Assembly: GCA_965198005.1 (NCBI GenBank)
Contig: CBDAOI010000002.1
Span: 352,001-416,000, forward strand
Source: Spirochaetia bacterium
GTDB lineage: Bacteria > Spirochaetota > Spirochaetia > SZUA-6 > Bin103
Length of the DNA: 64,000 nt
Reading direction: 5' to 3'
A program made the translations under genes and the position numbers. Numbering within the stretch: the first letter of the stretch is position 1; every line of letters begins with the position of its first letter. Under the pieces are notes generated by a model that was given only the letters and a program-made list of their open reading frames with translations, was not told the DNA's origin and made no database searches. Shown here one piece after another: positions 24,052 to 38,802 of the stretch.

Positions 24052-25313
24052 TCGACCAGCCCGCGCTGCTGGTGCTGGAGGATGGGGCCGCGTTCCCGGG
24101 GCGCGCGGTGGGAGCGGACGGCGAAGTCGCCGGCGAGGTGGTGTTCAACACCGCCATGACCGGTTACCAGGAGATCCTCACCGATCCCTCCTACGCCGGC
24201 CAACTCGTCTGCCTGACCTATCCGCTGATTGGCAACTACGGCGTCAACGAAGACGACCCCGAGTCGCGGCAGCCGTGGACGCGCGGCCTGATCGTGCGCG
24301 AGCTGGCCGCCCGCCACTCCAACTGGCGCGCCACCGGCGATCTGGGCAGTTACCTCAGGCAGCACGGGATCGTCGGCATCGACGAGGTCGACACCCGCGC
24401 CCTGACCCGCCATCTGCGGCTGCACGGCGCCAAGACCGGCGTGATCTCCACCACCGATCCGGATCCCGCTTCGCTGGTGCGCAAGGCGCAGGCGGCGCCC
24501 AAGCTCGGCGAGCTGGACCTGGTTCGCCGGGTGACGACGAAGGACATCGCGCCGCTGAGTCTGCCGGCGGACTTCTACGACCCGCTCGCCGGGCTGCTCC
24601 CGACGCAGACGAGAACAGTACGTGCCGATGCCAGCCCGATCGAAGCAGTCGCATCGCTTGGCTCTGCCACGGCACGGGTCACCGCGGCGGCGGTCGCGGC
24701 CCCGCCGGACGGCCGTGCGCATCACGTGGTCGCCATCGACGCCGGCGCCAAGCACAACATCATGCGCAACCTGGCGGCGCGCGGCTGCCGCGTCACGGTG
24801 GCGCCGGCCACCGCCTCCGCCGCCGAGATCGCCGCGCTGGCGCCCGACGGGCTGTTCCTCTCCAACGGCCCCGGCGACCCCGAACAGGCGCCCTACTTGG
24901 CGCACACCGTACGCGCGCTGCTCGACGGCCACCGCGACCTGCCGGTGTTCGGCATCTGCCTCGGCCTGCAGATCATGGGCCTTGCCCTGGGGGCGAACAT
25001 CTACAAGCTCAAGTTCGGCCATCACGGCGCCAACCACCCCGTGCGCGAGGAACGCACCGGCGCCATCTCCATCACCAGCCAGAACCACGGCTACGCGGTG
25101 GATGCCGACTCCCTGCCTCGGGATCTGCACGTCACCCACGTCAACCTCAACGACGGCACCATCGAAGGGCTGGAGCACCGTACGCGGCCGGTATTCGCCA
25201 TCCAGTACCACCCGGAGGCCGCCCCCGGCCCGCACGACGCCCACTACCTGTTCGACCGCTTCGTCACCGCCATGGACCGCTCAACCTTCCGCCCGAAGGC
25301 AAATCAGCGGTGA
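24048..25313 (+). CDS. carA: Carbamoyl-phosphate synthase small subunit
   Basis: [31 protein letters not shown]. Confidence 0.97.
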   Translation: MIDQPALLVLEDGAAFPGRAVGADGEVAGEVVFNTAMTGYQEILTDPSYAGQLVCLTYPLIGNYGVNEDDPESRQPWTRGLIVRELAARHSNWRATGDLGSYLRQHGIVGIDEVDTRALTRHLRLHGAKTGVISTTDPDPASLVRKAQAAPKLGELDLVRRVTTKDIAPLSLPADFYDPLAGLLPTQTRTVRADASPIEAVASLGSATARVTAAAVAAPPDGRAHHVVAIDAGAKHNIMRNLAARGCRVTVAPATASAAEIAALAPDGLFLSNGPGDPEQAPYLAHTVRALLDGHRDLPVFGICLGLQIMGLALGANIYKLKFGHHGANHPVREERTGAISITSQNHGYAVDADSLPRDLHVTHVNLNDGTIEGLEHRTRPVFAIQYHPEAAPGPHDAHYLFDRFVTAMDRSTFRPKANQR

Positions 25314-25675
25314 CATCAATTCACACAGAATCACGGATTCAGCCGGTGTGCAGCTCCGCCAAGCTCAGCCCTCCAGTGCGCAGGTTCATCGATGCAACGA
25401 GGTCATGCAAGTGGCGATAGAACGCCTCATTCTCCGTAGCCAATGCGAAACGGTCCGGCAAGGCATCCACCGGTGGTGAGTGGGAGAAAGCCATACATGG
25501 TCGGCGCGTCGGCAACGGACAGTGGGGGAACATGGTCCCGCGCCAAGCAGTTGGCGAATGGATCAACCGTGAATCCCGTAAGTATCTTCGCGGCGCCCCG
25601 GTGGCGGCGCGGGCGACCGACCGCTGCCGACCTGCTACTCTGTGGAGGATAACCACTCACACGCAGGGGGCTACT

Positions 25676-27055
25676 GTGCGTAGATTGATACTCGACCTCC
25701 GGCAACGCCGGGGAATCGCGCTCGGGAAAGCCCTGCTGGTGCTCGGCTTCCTGTTCTTCGGGTCGACCATCGCCTACGCCGCGGTGGACGAAGAGTCGCT
25801 GTTCGTCTTCAACACCTTCTCGTTCCTGGTCTGGGGCGGACTGGTGATGTGGATGGCGGCCGGGTTCACCATGCTGGAGTCCGGTTCGGTGCGCACCAAG
25901 AACGCGTCCGTGATCTGCCTCAAGAACATCGGGCTGTACGCGATCGCCGGGCTGGCCTACTACCTGGTCGGCTACAACCTCATGTACGTGGACGTCGGCA
26001 GCGTGATCGGCTCGTTCAAGCTGTTCTACGGACCGTCGGCCGAGGAGCTGGCCCTGCTCGCCGGGACCGCGGAAGCGGCGGACGAGGTCATAGCCAGCGG
26101 CTATTCGGTCATGTCGGACTGGTTCTTCCAGATGGTGTTCGTGGCGACCGCGGCCTCCATCGTGTCGGGAGCGCTGGCGGAGCGGGTCAAGATGTGGCCG
26201 TTCTTCCTCTTCACGCTGTTCCTGACCGCGCTCGTGTACCCGATCGTCGGCGCCTGGACCTGGGGCGGCGGCTGGCTCAGCGCCCTGGGGTTCCAGGACT
26301 TCGCCGGGTCGACCATCGTGCACGGCACCGGCGGCTGGGCCGCGCTGGCCGGGATCCTGGTGGTCGGGCCGCGGCTCGGCAAGTTCCGCCGCGACGGCTC
26401 GATCAAGCCCACCCCGCCCTCCAACGTGGTGGTGGTGACGCTGGGCGTGTTCATCCTCTGGTTCGGCTGGTTCGGATTCAACGGCGGCTCGCAACTGGCG
26501 CTGGGCAGCGCGGCGGACGCGGTGGCGATGAGCAGCGTGCTGGTCAACACCAACCTCGCCGGCGCGGCGGGCGTCGTCGCCGCGCTCGCGGTCTCCCGCT
26601 TCATCCTGGGGCGGATGGACATGTTCGCCGGCCTGAACGGCGCGATCGCGGGGCTGGTCTCGATCACCGCCGGGCCGGACATCACCGCTCACTACTGGGC
26701 GATCGTCATCGGCGCCGGCGGCGGCGTGGTGTGCACCGCAGGAATCAAGCTACTGGAAAAACTCAAGCTGGACGACGTGGTCGGCGCGGTGCCGGCGCAC
26801 CTGCTGGCCGGCATCTGGGGGACTCTGGCGGTCTGCATCGCGGCCGGGGGCAGCTTCGGCGTGCAACTCCTCGGCGTGGTGGCGGTCGGGGCGTTCGTGT
26901 TCCTGGTGTCATTGCTGTTGTGGCGCGTCGTGGACCTGCTGCTCGCCGCGCGCGTGTCGAAGCAGGTGGAGCAGCTCGGGCAGGACGTCGCGGAGTTGAA
27001 AATCGAGGCCTACCCCGAGTTCGTGCTCATGCCGGAGGAAGACGACGAAGAGTAG
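25676..27055 (+). CDS. amtB: Ammonium transporter
   Basis: GFTMLESG, FFQMVF, DFAGSTIVH, WFGWFGFNGGS, DDVVGAVPAH. Confidence 0.95.
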   Translation: MRRLILDLRQRRGIALGKALLVLGFLFFGSTIAYAAVDEESLFVFNTFSFLVWGGLVMWMAAGFTMLESGSVRTKNASVICLKNIGLYAIAGLAYYLVGYNLMYVDVGSVIGSFKLFYGPSAEELALLAGTAEAADEVIASGYSVMSDWFFQMVFVATAASIVSGALAERVKMWPFFLFTLFLTALVYPIVGAWTWGGGWLSALGFQDFAGSTIVHGTGGWAALAGILVVGPRLGKFRRDGSIKPTPPSNVVVVTLGVFILWFGWFGFNGGSQLALGSAADAVAMSSVLVNTNLAGAAGVVAALAVSRFILGRMDMFAGLNGAIAGLVSITAGPDITAHYWAIVIGAGGGVVCTAGIKLLEKLKLDDVVGAVPAHLLAGIWGTLAVCIAAGGSFGVQLLGVVAVGAFVFLVSLLLWRVVDLLLAARVSKQVEQLGQDVAELKIEAYPEFVLMPEEDDEE

Positions 27056-27103
27056 CGTACGCGCTTCCAAACCAGCCGCCGTCGGTGGTACAATACGTTC
27101 GCG

Positions 27104-27670
27104 ATGCATTCCTACCTGGAGTTCGAGGTCTCACTGCGGTCCATCACGCCGCGGATCTGGCGCCGCTTCCGGATCACCGCCAACGCAACGTTCCTGGATC
27201 TGCACTGGGCGATTCAGGGCAGCTTCGCATGGATGAACGCTCACCTGTGGGAGTTTCACACCACGGGACGGCCTCGAGAGGTGATAGCGGGGATTCCGTC
27301 TGATTCCCTGATGTGGTCGGAGGACCTGGAGGACACGCCTGACGCTCGCGCAGTCAGGCTCACGAGCTACTTCGGCACCGCGACGCAGTGCATATACTGG
27401 TACGACTTCGGTGACGACTGGCTGCACACGGTGAAGCTGCGCGAGCGGGTGTCGTCCAACGATCGTTTCACCCGCCGGCTGCTTGCCGGGCGCCGCTTCG
27501 GCCCGCCCGAAGATTGCGGCGGAGTCGGTGGGTACGAGCGACTCATCGAGTTTCTGCGCACCGGCACCGACCCCTGGGAAGACGGTGACGACGATCTGGC
27601 GACCTGGCTCGGCGGCTGGGAGCCTGACGGTTTCTCCCTGGCCGCGGCCAAGCGCGAGTTCGACAAGTAG
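27104..27670 (+). CDS. pRiA4b ORF-3-like protein
   Basis: PRIWRR, LH..IQ, HLWEF, YWYDFGDDWLH, PPEDCGGVGGY; own TGnTACAAT -10 box. Confidence 0.85.
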   Translation: MHSYLEFEVSLRSITPRIWRRFRITANATFLDLHWAIQGSFAWMNAHLWEFHTTGRPREVIAGIPSDSLMWSEDLEDTPDARAVRLTSYFGTATQCIYWYDFGDDWLHTVKLRERVSSNDRFTRRLLAGRRFGPPEDCGGVGGYERLIEFLRTGTDPWEDGDDDLATWLGGWEPDGFSLAAAKREFDK

Positions 27671-27821
27671 GCGTAGGAGGCGTGCGGGGCAGCCCCTGTG
27701 GTGCACGTAGTACGAGCAGCGCGCACAAACGACTGCGCAGAGGTCGGCCGTACGGACGTAGTGCGCGTGCGTGGTGACTCGGCCTTGACCATGAAGGCGC
27801 TGCCGCAGCGAGCAACGAGAG

Positions 27822-31035
<3,214 letters not shown>

Positions 31036-31057
<22 letters not shown>

Positions 31058-31962
31058 CCGACCGACTCGCGGCCGGACCTGCGGTCGCGCCGGTCCAGGA
31101 GCGCTGCCGGGTGCTGGCCAACCGCGTGGTGGCGCCCGAACACAACCTGCTGACCGTCGCCACGCGTGCCATCGGGCGGCGTGCGCAGGCCGGGCAGTTC
31201 GCCCAGATCCGGGTACCCGGCGACGCGGTCTTCCTGCCGCGCCCGTTCAGCTTCCTCGCCGCGGAAGGCGATCGGTGCGCGTTCCTGTCGCGCGCGGTGG
31301 GGCCGGGCACGCGCGCGCTGGCGGGCTTGGCCGAAGGCGCGGAGATGGAGCTGCTCGGGCCGCTGGGGCAGGGGTTTGATCTGGCCGCGGCCGCGGCGGG
31401 CGAGGTGATCCTGGTGGGCGGCGGGGTCGGAGTGCCGCCGCTGGTGCACGCCGCGGCCGAGCTGGCGCCGCGGACCGGCACCGCGCTGATCGGCGCCGCC
31501 CGCGGCGAGCTGCTGCTGTGCGGGGAGGAGTTCGCCGACCTCGGCTGGCAGGTGCAGGTGGCCACCGACGACGGCTCGCGCGGCCACCACGGGCTGATCA
31601 CCGAGCTCCTGGAACAAGCGCTGGCGCGCGCTACGGGGCGGGTTGAGGCCGTTTCGGGAAATGCAACGACGCCGCAGCACACGGACCAGATCCTTGCGCG
31701 CGCTGCCGGGCAGGGCCGGCGGCGTCCGACCGTGCTGGCATGCGGTCCGCATCCGATGCTCCACCGCTGCGCCGAACTGGCCGCCGCGACCGGCGCCGCA
31801 TGCCAGGTCGCCCTGGAAGAGCCGATGGCCTGCGGCTTCGGCGTCTGCCTCGGCTGCGCCATCCGCGTCCGCCCGCCCGCCTCCAACTGCTCGCCCGGCA
31901 CCGCCTACGCCCTGGTCTGCCGTGACGGCCCGGTGTTCCCCGCCGACCAAGTGCTGTGGTAA
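31036..31962 (+). CDS. pyrK: Dihydroorotate dehydrogenase electron transfer subunit
   Basis: RPFS, GPLG, GGGVG.PP, EEPMACGFGVCLGC...C.DGPVF; start approximate. Confidence 0.92.
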
Positions 31963-32085
31963 TGGTGGAGGAGCGCTCAGGGATTGGCTCCCCTGCGTGA
32001 GCTGGCGGCGTTTGCCCAGTCCCCGAGTTGACGCTCGGTGCATCGGTTGCGATACTACCAGTACGCTTGCTGGGGAGGACTAGCC

Positions 32086-32595
32086 ATGGTGTCAGACGTG
32101 GTCCGTCGTCAGGTCTGGAATCAACTTCAGGAATCTGTCAGGCATTCTCGGTACTTCGCTCGTTTGATAAGCAACATGAACAGATACCATCGGGCTAGAC
32201 TGATAGTGCTCGCTTTAGTCTCCGTATCAGGCGGCGCCAGTTTCATTGTTCAGGATCTTCCAGGGTACGTCGGTGCTGTCGCTGGTTTCGCCATTGCAGT
32301 GTTCTCGGTATGGATCATTCTGGCGGATCACTCGCAAAAGCTCGCCACCGTAAAGTACGTTAGCAGGCGGTTTCAAGAGATAGAAGTCGATGTCCGTGAT
32401 TGTTGGGTCCTCATAGAAGATGGACGAATCGACAACGAATCCGCTCACCGGAGATGGAACGATGCTGAGCGTGCGATCAACGACGCGGTCGAAGACTGGA
32501 AAGCTTCAGGAATGTCGATTAACGACAGGCTGAACGAGAAAAGTGAGGAAGAGTCGGTTCGTTTGGTGAAGGAGGAGTTTTCTTATGCCATCTGA
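32086..32595 (+). CDS. Two-TM SLATT-like hypothetical protein
   Basis: RBS GGAGG; helix-2TM-helix architecture; lower GC than the flanks. Confidence 0.6.
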   Translation: MVSDVVRRQVWNQLQESVRHSRYFARLISNMNRYHRARLIVLALVSVSGGASFIVQDLPGYVGAVAGFAIAVFSVWIILADHSQKLATVKYVSRRFQEIEVDVRDCWVLIEDGRIDNESAHRRWNDAERAINDAVEDWKASGMSINDRLNEKSEEESVRLVKEEFSYAI

Positions 32596-32731
32596 AAACT
32601 CGAATCCGGAGCAGCGCGGCATGCCCAGGCCGGGAAAGACACCGCTGGCACCGCCGCCTCCACGGCCGTCACCACCGAAACCTGATCCTTCTGCGCCGCG
32701 GAAACCACCGGCGGAGAAGCAGAAACGATGA
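32585..32731 (+). CDS. 48-aa proline-rich peptide
   Basis: AGGAGGAG RBS; MPSENSNPEQRGMPRPGKTPLAPPPPRPSPPKPDPSAPRKPPAEKQKR; overlaps the upstream stop. Confidence 0.5.
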   Translation: MPSENSNPEQRGMPRPGKTPLAPPPPRPSPPKPDPSAPRKPPAEKQKR

Positions 32732-32839
32732 CGTTCTTCCTCATGTGGTAAGCAAGCTGCGTCTTCGTACCAGCAAGTTCAAGACCCCCCATGTGAGCGG
32801 TCTCATCATTCCCGCGCGTGACGACTGAGCAATCCGGTT

Positions 32840-33871
32840 ATGTATAACGAAGCGCAGGCGAGCAGGACAACGGTCGGTAGCGCGGCAGCCAACCGCGGTC
32901 GTGACGGGTCTCCATCGAAGGGCCGGCTGGCGGTCAGCCTCGGGCCTTTGCGGTTGGCCAATCCGGTGCTGGTTGCATCCGGGACGTTCGGTTACGCCAA
33001 CGAGTTGGCGGGGCTGGTGGATCTGCAGCGATTGGGCGGGATCGTCACCAAGACTGTCACGGTGAAACCACGGCCGGGCAATCCGCCGCCGCGCATCGTG
33101 GAGACGCCGTCCGGGATGCTCAATGCCATCGGTCTGCAGAACGTCGGCATAGAGCGGTTCGTGACCGAAAAGCTGCCCTATCTCGCCGAGCTGGATCCGG
33201 TCGTGCTGGTGTCGATCATGGGCTACACAATCGGCGAGTTCGTGGCCCTGGCCGAGCGGCTGGATGGGCTGCCGGGGGTGGATGGGCTGGAGCTGAACCT
33301 CTCCTGTCCCAACGTCGCCTACGGCGGTGGCGGTGGCGCGAAGATGTTCGCCCACGATCCGAAACTGACCGCAGAGGTAGTCCGTGCGGTGCGTGCGGTG
33401 ACCGGCCTGCCGGTAATTGCGAAGTTGGGACCGGACGTGGCCGACGTCGCCGCCATCGGCCGTGCCGCCGTGGCCGCGGGAGCGGATGCGCTGGCGGTGA
33501 TGAACACCATTCCCGGCATGGTGATCGACACCAAGCGGCGGCGGCCGGTGCTGGCCAACGTCACCGGCGGGCTGTCCGGGCCCGCGGTCCGGCCGATCGC
33601 GGTGCGGCTCACTTACGAACTGGTGCGCGCGGTGTCGACCCCGGTGGTCGGCGTCGGCGGGATCATGGATCACCGCGATGCGCTGCAGTTCCTGCTGGCC
33701 GGGGCGTGCGCGGTGCAGGTCGGCACCGCCACCTTCACCAACCCACGCGCCGCGCTGGAGGTGCTGGACGGACTGGAGCGCTACCTCGACGAGGCCGGCG
33801 TGGAGCGGCTCAGCGATCTGATCGGGGCGGCGCAACCTTCCGCCATAATAAGGGAGCAACCTGATGAATAG
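32840..33871 (+). CDS. pyrD: Dihydroorotate dehydrogenase class 1B
   Basis: ASGTFG, NAIGLQN, ELNLSCPN, GGLSGPAVRP. Confidence 0.96.
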   Translation: MYNEAQASRTTVGSAAANRGRDGSPSKGRLAVSLGPLRLANPVLVASGTFGYANELAGLVDLQRLGGIVTKTVTVKPRPGNPPPRIVETPSGMLNAIGLQNVGIERFVTEKLPYLAELDPVVLVSIMGYTIGEFVALAERLDGLPGVDGLELNLSCPNVAYGGGGGAKMFAHDPKLTAEVVRAVRAVTGLPVIAKLGPDVADVAAIGRAAVAAGADALAVMNTIPGMVIDTKRRRPVLANVTGGLSGPAVRPIAVRLTYELVRAVSTPVVGVGGIMDHRDALQFLLAGACAVQVGTATFTNPRAALEVLDGLERYLDEAGVERLSDLIGAAQPSAIIREQPDE

Positions 33872-34670
33872 AGGCATCGGCTCACCGTCCAGAGTGGCGC
33901 CCGCACCCGGGGCGGAGCCCGGCACCCCTTCGGTGTCACCGCCTCCCGAGTGGTTGATCGTCGGCCTCGACCTGCCGGACCTGGAACAGGCGCGGCCGCT
34001 CGTGCGGACCCTCGCCGGCCGCGTCGGCGCGCTCAAGATCGGACCGGTGCTGTTCACCCGTGCCGGGCCGGCAGCCATCGATCTGGTGCACGAGCACGGG
34101 CGGCCGGGTGTTCCTCGATCTGAAGTGGTACGACATTCCCAACACCGTGGCGGGCGCTTTCCGCGCGGCCGCGGCGCAAGGTGTGTGGATGGTCAACGTG
34201 CACGCGGCCGGCGGCGAGCGCATGCTGGCCGCCGCTCGGGAGGCCCTGGAGCAGGCCGGGCAACCCGGCACCGCGCGCCGCCCCCTGCTCATCGCCGTAA
34301 CCGTCCTGACCAGCCTGGACGCCGCCGACCTGCCCGCCACCGGCGTCACCGGCTCCGTCCGGGGCAGGTGGAACGCTTGGCCGCCCTGGCGGAGCGTGGC
34401 GGAGCCGACGGCTTGGTCACCTCCGGCCACGAGGCAGCCGGGCTCCGCGCCCGCTGGCCGCAATTCAACCTGGTGGTGCCCGGCGTGCGCCCGCGGTGGC
34501 TTACCGCCAGCGGCGCCACCCCGGCCGACGATCAACGCCGCATCGCCACACCCGCCGCCACGCTTGCGGCCGGTGCCAGCCACATCGCAATCGCCCGTCC
34601 CATCATCACCCACCCCGACCCGGCGCAGGCCGTCCACCTCACTGTGCAGGAAGTTGCCACCGGGAACTGA
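33864..34670 (+). CDS. pyrF: OMP decarboxylase with two compensating frameshifts
   Basis: [14 protein letters not shown] and VTVLTS are out of frame between G-runs at ~34100 and ~34363; PGVR, DDQRR are in frame. Confidence 0.9.
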   Translation: MNRGIGSPSRVAPAPGAEPGTPSVSPPPEWLIVGLDLPDLEQARPLVRTLAGRVGALKIGPVLFTRAGPAAIDLVHEHGRPGVPRSEVVRHSQHRGGRFPRGRGARCVDGQRARGRRRAHAGRRSGGPGAGRATRHRAPPPAHRRNRPDQPGRRRPARHRRHRLRPGQVERLAALAERGGADGLVTSGHEAAGLRARWPQFNLVVPGVRPRWLTASGATPADDQRRIATPAATLAAGASHIAIARPIITHPDPAQAVHLTVQEVATGN

Positions 34671-34698
34671 AACCCACGGACGCGCAAGACGCGACAGG

Positions 34699-35667
34699 AT
34701 GGCACCGCTGTACGTAACAGAAGCCGGTGTTCTCGGGCGCGCGGCTCTCGACAGCTACTGTCTACGCTCGGTGCAGGCGGCCATCGCGCTGGACGTGCAG
34801 CTTGGCGAGCCCTCGAATCCGGCGGAGTGGCGGTACCGCCTCAGCGTCGTGCAGGACAATCAACGCCAGCCGCGGATCAAGGAGGAACGAGTCGAACGGC
34901 GGGGCCAGGCGGTGCTTCGTCGGCCTGACGCCGACGACGAGAAAGACTCGGAGCGCCTGCGGCAGACTCACCTGGAAGGAATCAGCACGAACAAGACCTT
35001 TCGCGAGATCTACCGGTTCTTCAACTCGATACGGTACCTCCACGTTCTTCCCCCACTGGTGCGGCAGCCGGAGCGGTTCACCGGCCGGGATTTTTCCGGG
35101 GAGACGTTCGGTAGCGACTTCCTGGAACAGGTCGCACGCAGCACTCCGAAAACTCGCCAGTCGCGGCTGCGGCGAATCGAGAGCGCGCTCCGCATCGCCG
35201 TGCCTCAACTGCGGGAACTGAAGCTGGAGAAGGACGAAATAGGGATTCCACATCTGGAAGGCCGCTATGAGCATTGGCGGCCGAATGCGGGCTGGCAGCG
35301 GGAGGATCAGTTCTCCGACGGCACCCTGCGGCTGATGGCCCTCTTGTGGTCTGTGATGGACGGCACCGGCCCTTTGATGATCGAGGAGCCGGAGCTGAAC
35401 CTGCATCCCGCGGTGGTGAAGTTCCTGCCGCAGATGCTCCACCGGGCCACGCGGCGGTCGAAGCGCCAAGTGATTGTCTCCACGCATTCGCCGGATTTCC
35501 TGCATGACGGAGGGATAGCGTCCGACGAGACGCTCTTGCTGCGCCCTGACAGCAACGGAACACGGGTTGAAGTCGCAGCCGCCGACCCGGAGATCGGACT
35601 TCTGCTGGAGGCCGGAGTATCGCATCTGCAGAGAGGTGGAACTCGAGATTGCGGCGGTTCACGGTGA
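34699..35667 (+). pseudogene. AAA_21-type ABC ATPase lacking its N-terminal Walker A
   Basis: [20 protein letters not shown] present; no GxxxxGKS. Confidence 0.75.
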
Positions 35668-35867
35668 ACGAGGTAAGCACCGGCTGGATCAATCCTTGAC
35701 CGCCTGTCACGAGTTCGGTAAATCGAGGACCGCCACCGAGGAGGGCGCATGAGTGATTCCACACCGATTCACCTGCGAGCACACCTCGCCGAGATGAACT
35801 CGACGCAATAGATCCGCTGACGACTAGCGTAAGTTGCGCACTTTCAAGGACGATGCAGCGAGATTTG

Positions 35868-36350
35868 CCGGTCCGATCCGGCGCTGCGGCGGCAGGATGC
35901 TCGATCAGAAAAGCGGCGGCCGCCTGGGCCTCCCGGTCAAGCGCGAAGTGCCAGGCGAGCGACAGCAGATTGCGGACTGCCGCGGCGTCGAGCGGTTGCG
36001 GTGAGTTGCGGCGGGACGGACCCCGTTCGGCTTGGGTGCGCAGTTCCAGGGCGCCTGAGATGGTCTGCAGCAGGAGTTGCGTGGCAGCGCGTAGCGCACG
36101 GTGCCACGGGGCCTCCCGGTCTCCGGCTGGAACCCGGCTCAGGCGCCACAGGAGGTCGATTACGCCGTTCGTACGGCGCAGCAGATTCGCGCCGACGAAG
36201 TCCGGCAGCCAGTCGCGGATCGCGACCGGCGTGATGGCATCTCCCGCCTCCTCCCGTAAGACGCCCGTTCCGCCGCCGCGACCAGAGCCTCGGCCACCAA
36301 CCCTTCCAGGGCTGACGACCGGGATGGTATTCGATTTCGAAGTTCGCCAT
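35868..36350 (-). pseudogene. Collapsed third allele of the 2OG-Fe(II) oxygenase
   Basis: MANFEIEYHP start, EALVAAAERA and ITPVAIRDWLP...APDRT segments joined by deletions. Confidence 0.85.
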
Positions 36351-36381
36351 TGATCGTTACGTCCGGCGGGAAGTGTAGTCG
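36328..36381. repeat. 54-bp direct repeat (oxygenase leader + start); partner at 45378-45431
   Basis: One mismatch; includes a TACACT -10-like box and ATG on the minus strand. Confidence 0.9.
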
Positions 36382-36435
36382 GCCATCACCGTCGCTACCA
36401 GGCGCCGGTCCAGTATGCTCGAATCTCCAGCGGCG

Positions 36436-38802
36436 TCACTTCCCGTGCTGGTCGTGAACGGCAATCGCGGCGCGGAGTTGGGCGCGTTCGCCAGCGCCGT
36501 CGGCCACGCGGCCACGCTCGGCCGTCTCCAGCAGCAGACGCATGTGCGCAAGGTCGTCGGCGTACTGCGCGAGCCGCCGCTGGTGACTTGCACGGGTCTT
36601 GGTGCAGACCAACGTGAACGGACGGCCCTTGCGCTCGGTCTCGTGCAGCAGGTCCAGCCCTTCGCGCTTGATGCTTTGATGGACGTGCCGGCGCAACTCC
36701 TGGCGTAGCGGCAGTCGCAGTATCTGCGCCCGCGGGTCGGCGTAGAACTGTTGCAGCCGGCGGCAGTGCTGGCAGCCGCACGAGACCGTGGCCTCCAGCG
36801 CCCAGTCGCGCGGCGCCGCTGGGGGCTGCGCGCTACGAGCTAGCAGAGAGCCGGCGGCATGGCGCCACAGCTTCGCGAACGCCGGGACTGCCGCCGCGCG
36901 CTCGGTGAGCCCCGGAAGGTCCGCCAGCGCCGCCGGCAGCGTGCGGTCGGGCGGGGCCGCGGCGGGGTGCTCGATCAGCAGTTCGGCGGTCGCGTCGGCC
37001 TCCCGGTCAAGTGCGAAGTGCCCGGCGAGCGCCAGCAGGTTGCGGACCGCGGCGCTGTCGAGAGGTGGCGGCGGATTGCGCAGCGACCGATCGCGCCGGG
37101 CATTGGTACGCAGCTCCAGAGCACCGGAGATGTTCTGCAGCAGGAGTTGCACGGCGTCGCGCAACGCACCGTGCCAGGGGGCTTCCTCCTTCCTGTCCGG
37201 AACCCGGCTCAGGCGCCACACGAGATCGATTACGCCGTCGGTACGGCGCAGCAGATTCGCGCCGATGAACTCCGGCAGCCAGTCGCGGAGCGCAATCGGA
37301 GTGATCGCAGCCGCCAACTCCTCATTGACTCCGCCGGAGTACCTCGGCGTGACAATCTCGCGCAGGAAGCGGAGCGTGATGGAGCGGTCACCCAGCCGGC
37401 ACAGCAGCCGCAGTGCGGTGCGGATCTCGGTGCGGCGCCCGCGCGGCGGCTTCGGCCACGCGTCGATGAGCTGCTCGGCGAGGTCGCGCAAACGGCCGGG
37501 CTCGGCCTCGGACTGGTCGCTGCGTTCCAACTCGTCCGCAACGTAGACAACGAACGCACCGATTCCGGCGCCGGCCAGGGCGGTGACGGCCCGTGCCCGC
37601 GGCCACAGCACCAGCGCCGCCGAGCGGTATGCGCGCTCGATCTCCACGCCCGCGTTGCCGGTCGCCTCGCTCACCGACTCATCGTCCGGTTGGGCGTCGT
37701 CCAGAGCGCCGACGGGTAGCAGTTCGCCCGATCCCAGCGGCAGCTTGCCGTAGTCCGGCCTCATGTCGTCCGGCGCCACCCAGTCGTCGAGCCAGTGCTC
37801 GGAGTCGATCACCTCGCCGGCCTCCAGGTCACTGTCGCCAAGCTTGAACCCGTACGGCAGGTCCTGCGGGTACTCCGAGGCGTAGTACACCTTAACGTGG
37901 AGAATCGCGGCGTAGAGGGCGCAGTCCGCGCGCCGCGCCGCCTCCGCCAGAGTGCGGGCAACGGCCGCGTCGACGTTCTTCAAGGCCCCGAACGAGAGCC
38001 CCGCCTCGCTGTAGTCGTGCTCCAGCAGCCAGACGATTTTATTGCGGTCGTGCGTAGCATGATCCCACTGCTGCAGCAACGCGGCAATGCGCCCCGTCAC
38101 GGCGTCGTAGTCGGGTGCCCGCTCCAGCGCGCCGTGAGCGGCTCCGCGCAGCACGAGTTGGTAGACCAGGACGATGCGGTGGCCGGTGGCGACCGGCCGG
38201 GTCTCGTGCATGCAGTCGGCGTAAAACGCCGCGAAGGCAAGCTCCGACGGGTCCTCGGTGCGCAGGTCGATCACGGTCTCATGCTCCCGGTGGCGAATCA
38301 CCAGCTCGCCGCCCGTCCCGGCGACCGGCAGCGAGATCACCAGCGTGGCGACCATGCCGATCGCCTTCTCGCTGTCGCGGTGGGCGCTGAAGAACCCGCC
38401 CGGCTCGTAGACCAGCAGCTTGTAGAGGCGCGCCTCGGTGCGCTCGCGCGGGCAGCCGAGTCCCTCGGCGGCACGGCCGACGATCTGCGCCAGCGTGTCA
38501 CTCCATGCCCCGCCGCCCACGGCCACCTTGTCTGCGTCGATCTGCCAGCAATCGCGTACCGAACGGTCCAGCACCGTGTCCGGCCCCCGGCCGTACGGCG
38601 CCCGCGCCGCGGCCGCGATCAGATCCTGCACCTGCGCCGCGGGCACCGGAAAGGAAATCAGTCCCGCACCCGCCACCTCCAGGCGCGGCAGCGGCACTGC
38701 CAGCCGCCCGTGGGTGCAATACTCCCCCGGACGGTCGATCGACTGCAGCAATTCCCCCAAGGCGGATTGCCCGGGGTGGTACTCGATTCCGACGTTCGCC
38801 AT
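36436..38802 (-). CDS. Large 2OG-Fe(II) oxygenase-domain protein, copy A
   Basis: YKLLVY..GGFF..HRD, GGELVIRH, HETRPV..GHR; C-terminal CGCQHC...RRH...CTK. Confidence 0.88.
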   Translation of the reverse strand: MANVGIEYHPGQSALGELLQSIDRPGEYCTHGRLAVPLPRLEVAGAGLISFPVPAAQVQDLIAAAARAPYGRGPDTVLDRSVRDCWQIDADKVAVGGGAWSDTLAQIVGRAAEGLGCPRERTEARLYKLLVYEPGGFFSAHRDSEKAIGMVATLVISLPVAGTGGELVIRHREHETVIDLRTEDPSELAFAAFYADCMHETRPVATGHRIVLVYQLVLRGAAHGALERAPDYDAVTGRIAALLQQWDHATHDRNKIVWLLEHDYSEAGLSFGALKNVDAAVARTLAEAARRADCALYAAILHVKVYYASEYPQDLPYGFKLGDSDLEAGEVIDSEHWLDDWVAPDDMRPDYGKLPLGSGELLPVGALDDAQPDDESVSEATGNAGVEIERAYRSAALVLWPRARAVTALAGAGIGAFVVYVADELERSDQSEAEPGRLRDLAEQLIDAWPKPPRGRRTEIRTALRLLCRLGDRSITLRFLREIVTPRYSGGVNEELAAAITPIALRDWLPEFIGANLLRRTDGVIDLVWRLSRVPDRKEEAPWHGALRDAVQLLLQNISGALELRTNARRDRSLRNPPPPLDSAAVRNLLALAGHFALDREADATAELLIEHPAAAPPDRTLPAALADLPGLTERAAAVPAFAKLWRHAAGSLLARSAQPPAAPRDWALEATVSCGCQHCRRLQQFYADPRAQILRLPLRQELRRHVHQSIKREGLDLLHETERKGRPFTLVCTKTRASHQRRLAQYADDLAHMRLLLETAERGRVADGAGERAQLRAAIAVHDQHGK

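Noticed and set aside
34060-35667. Apparent PyrF-AAA ATPase fusion
   Set aside because: It arises from the out-of-frame middle of pyrF running on into the ATPase remnant.
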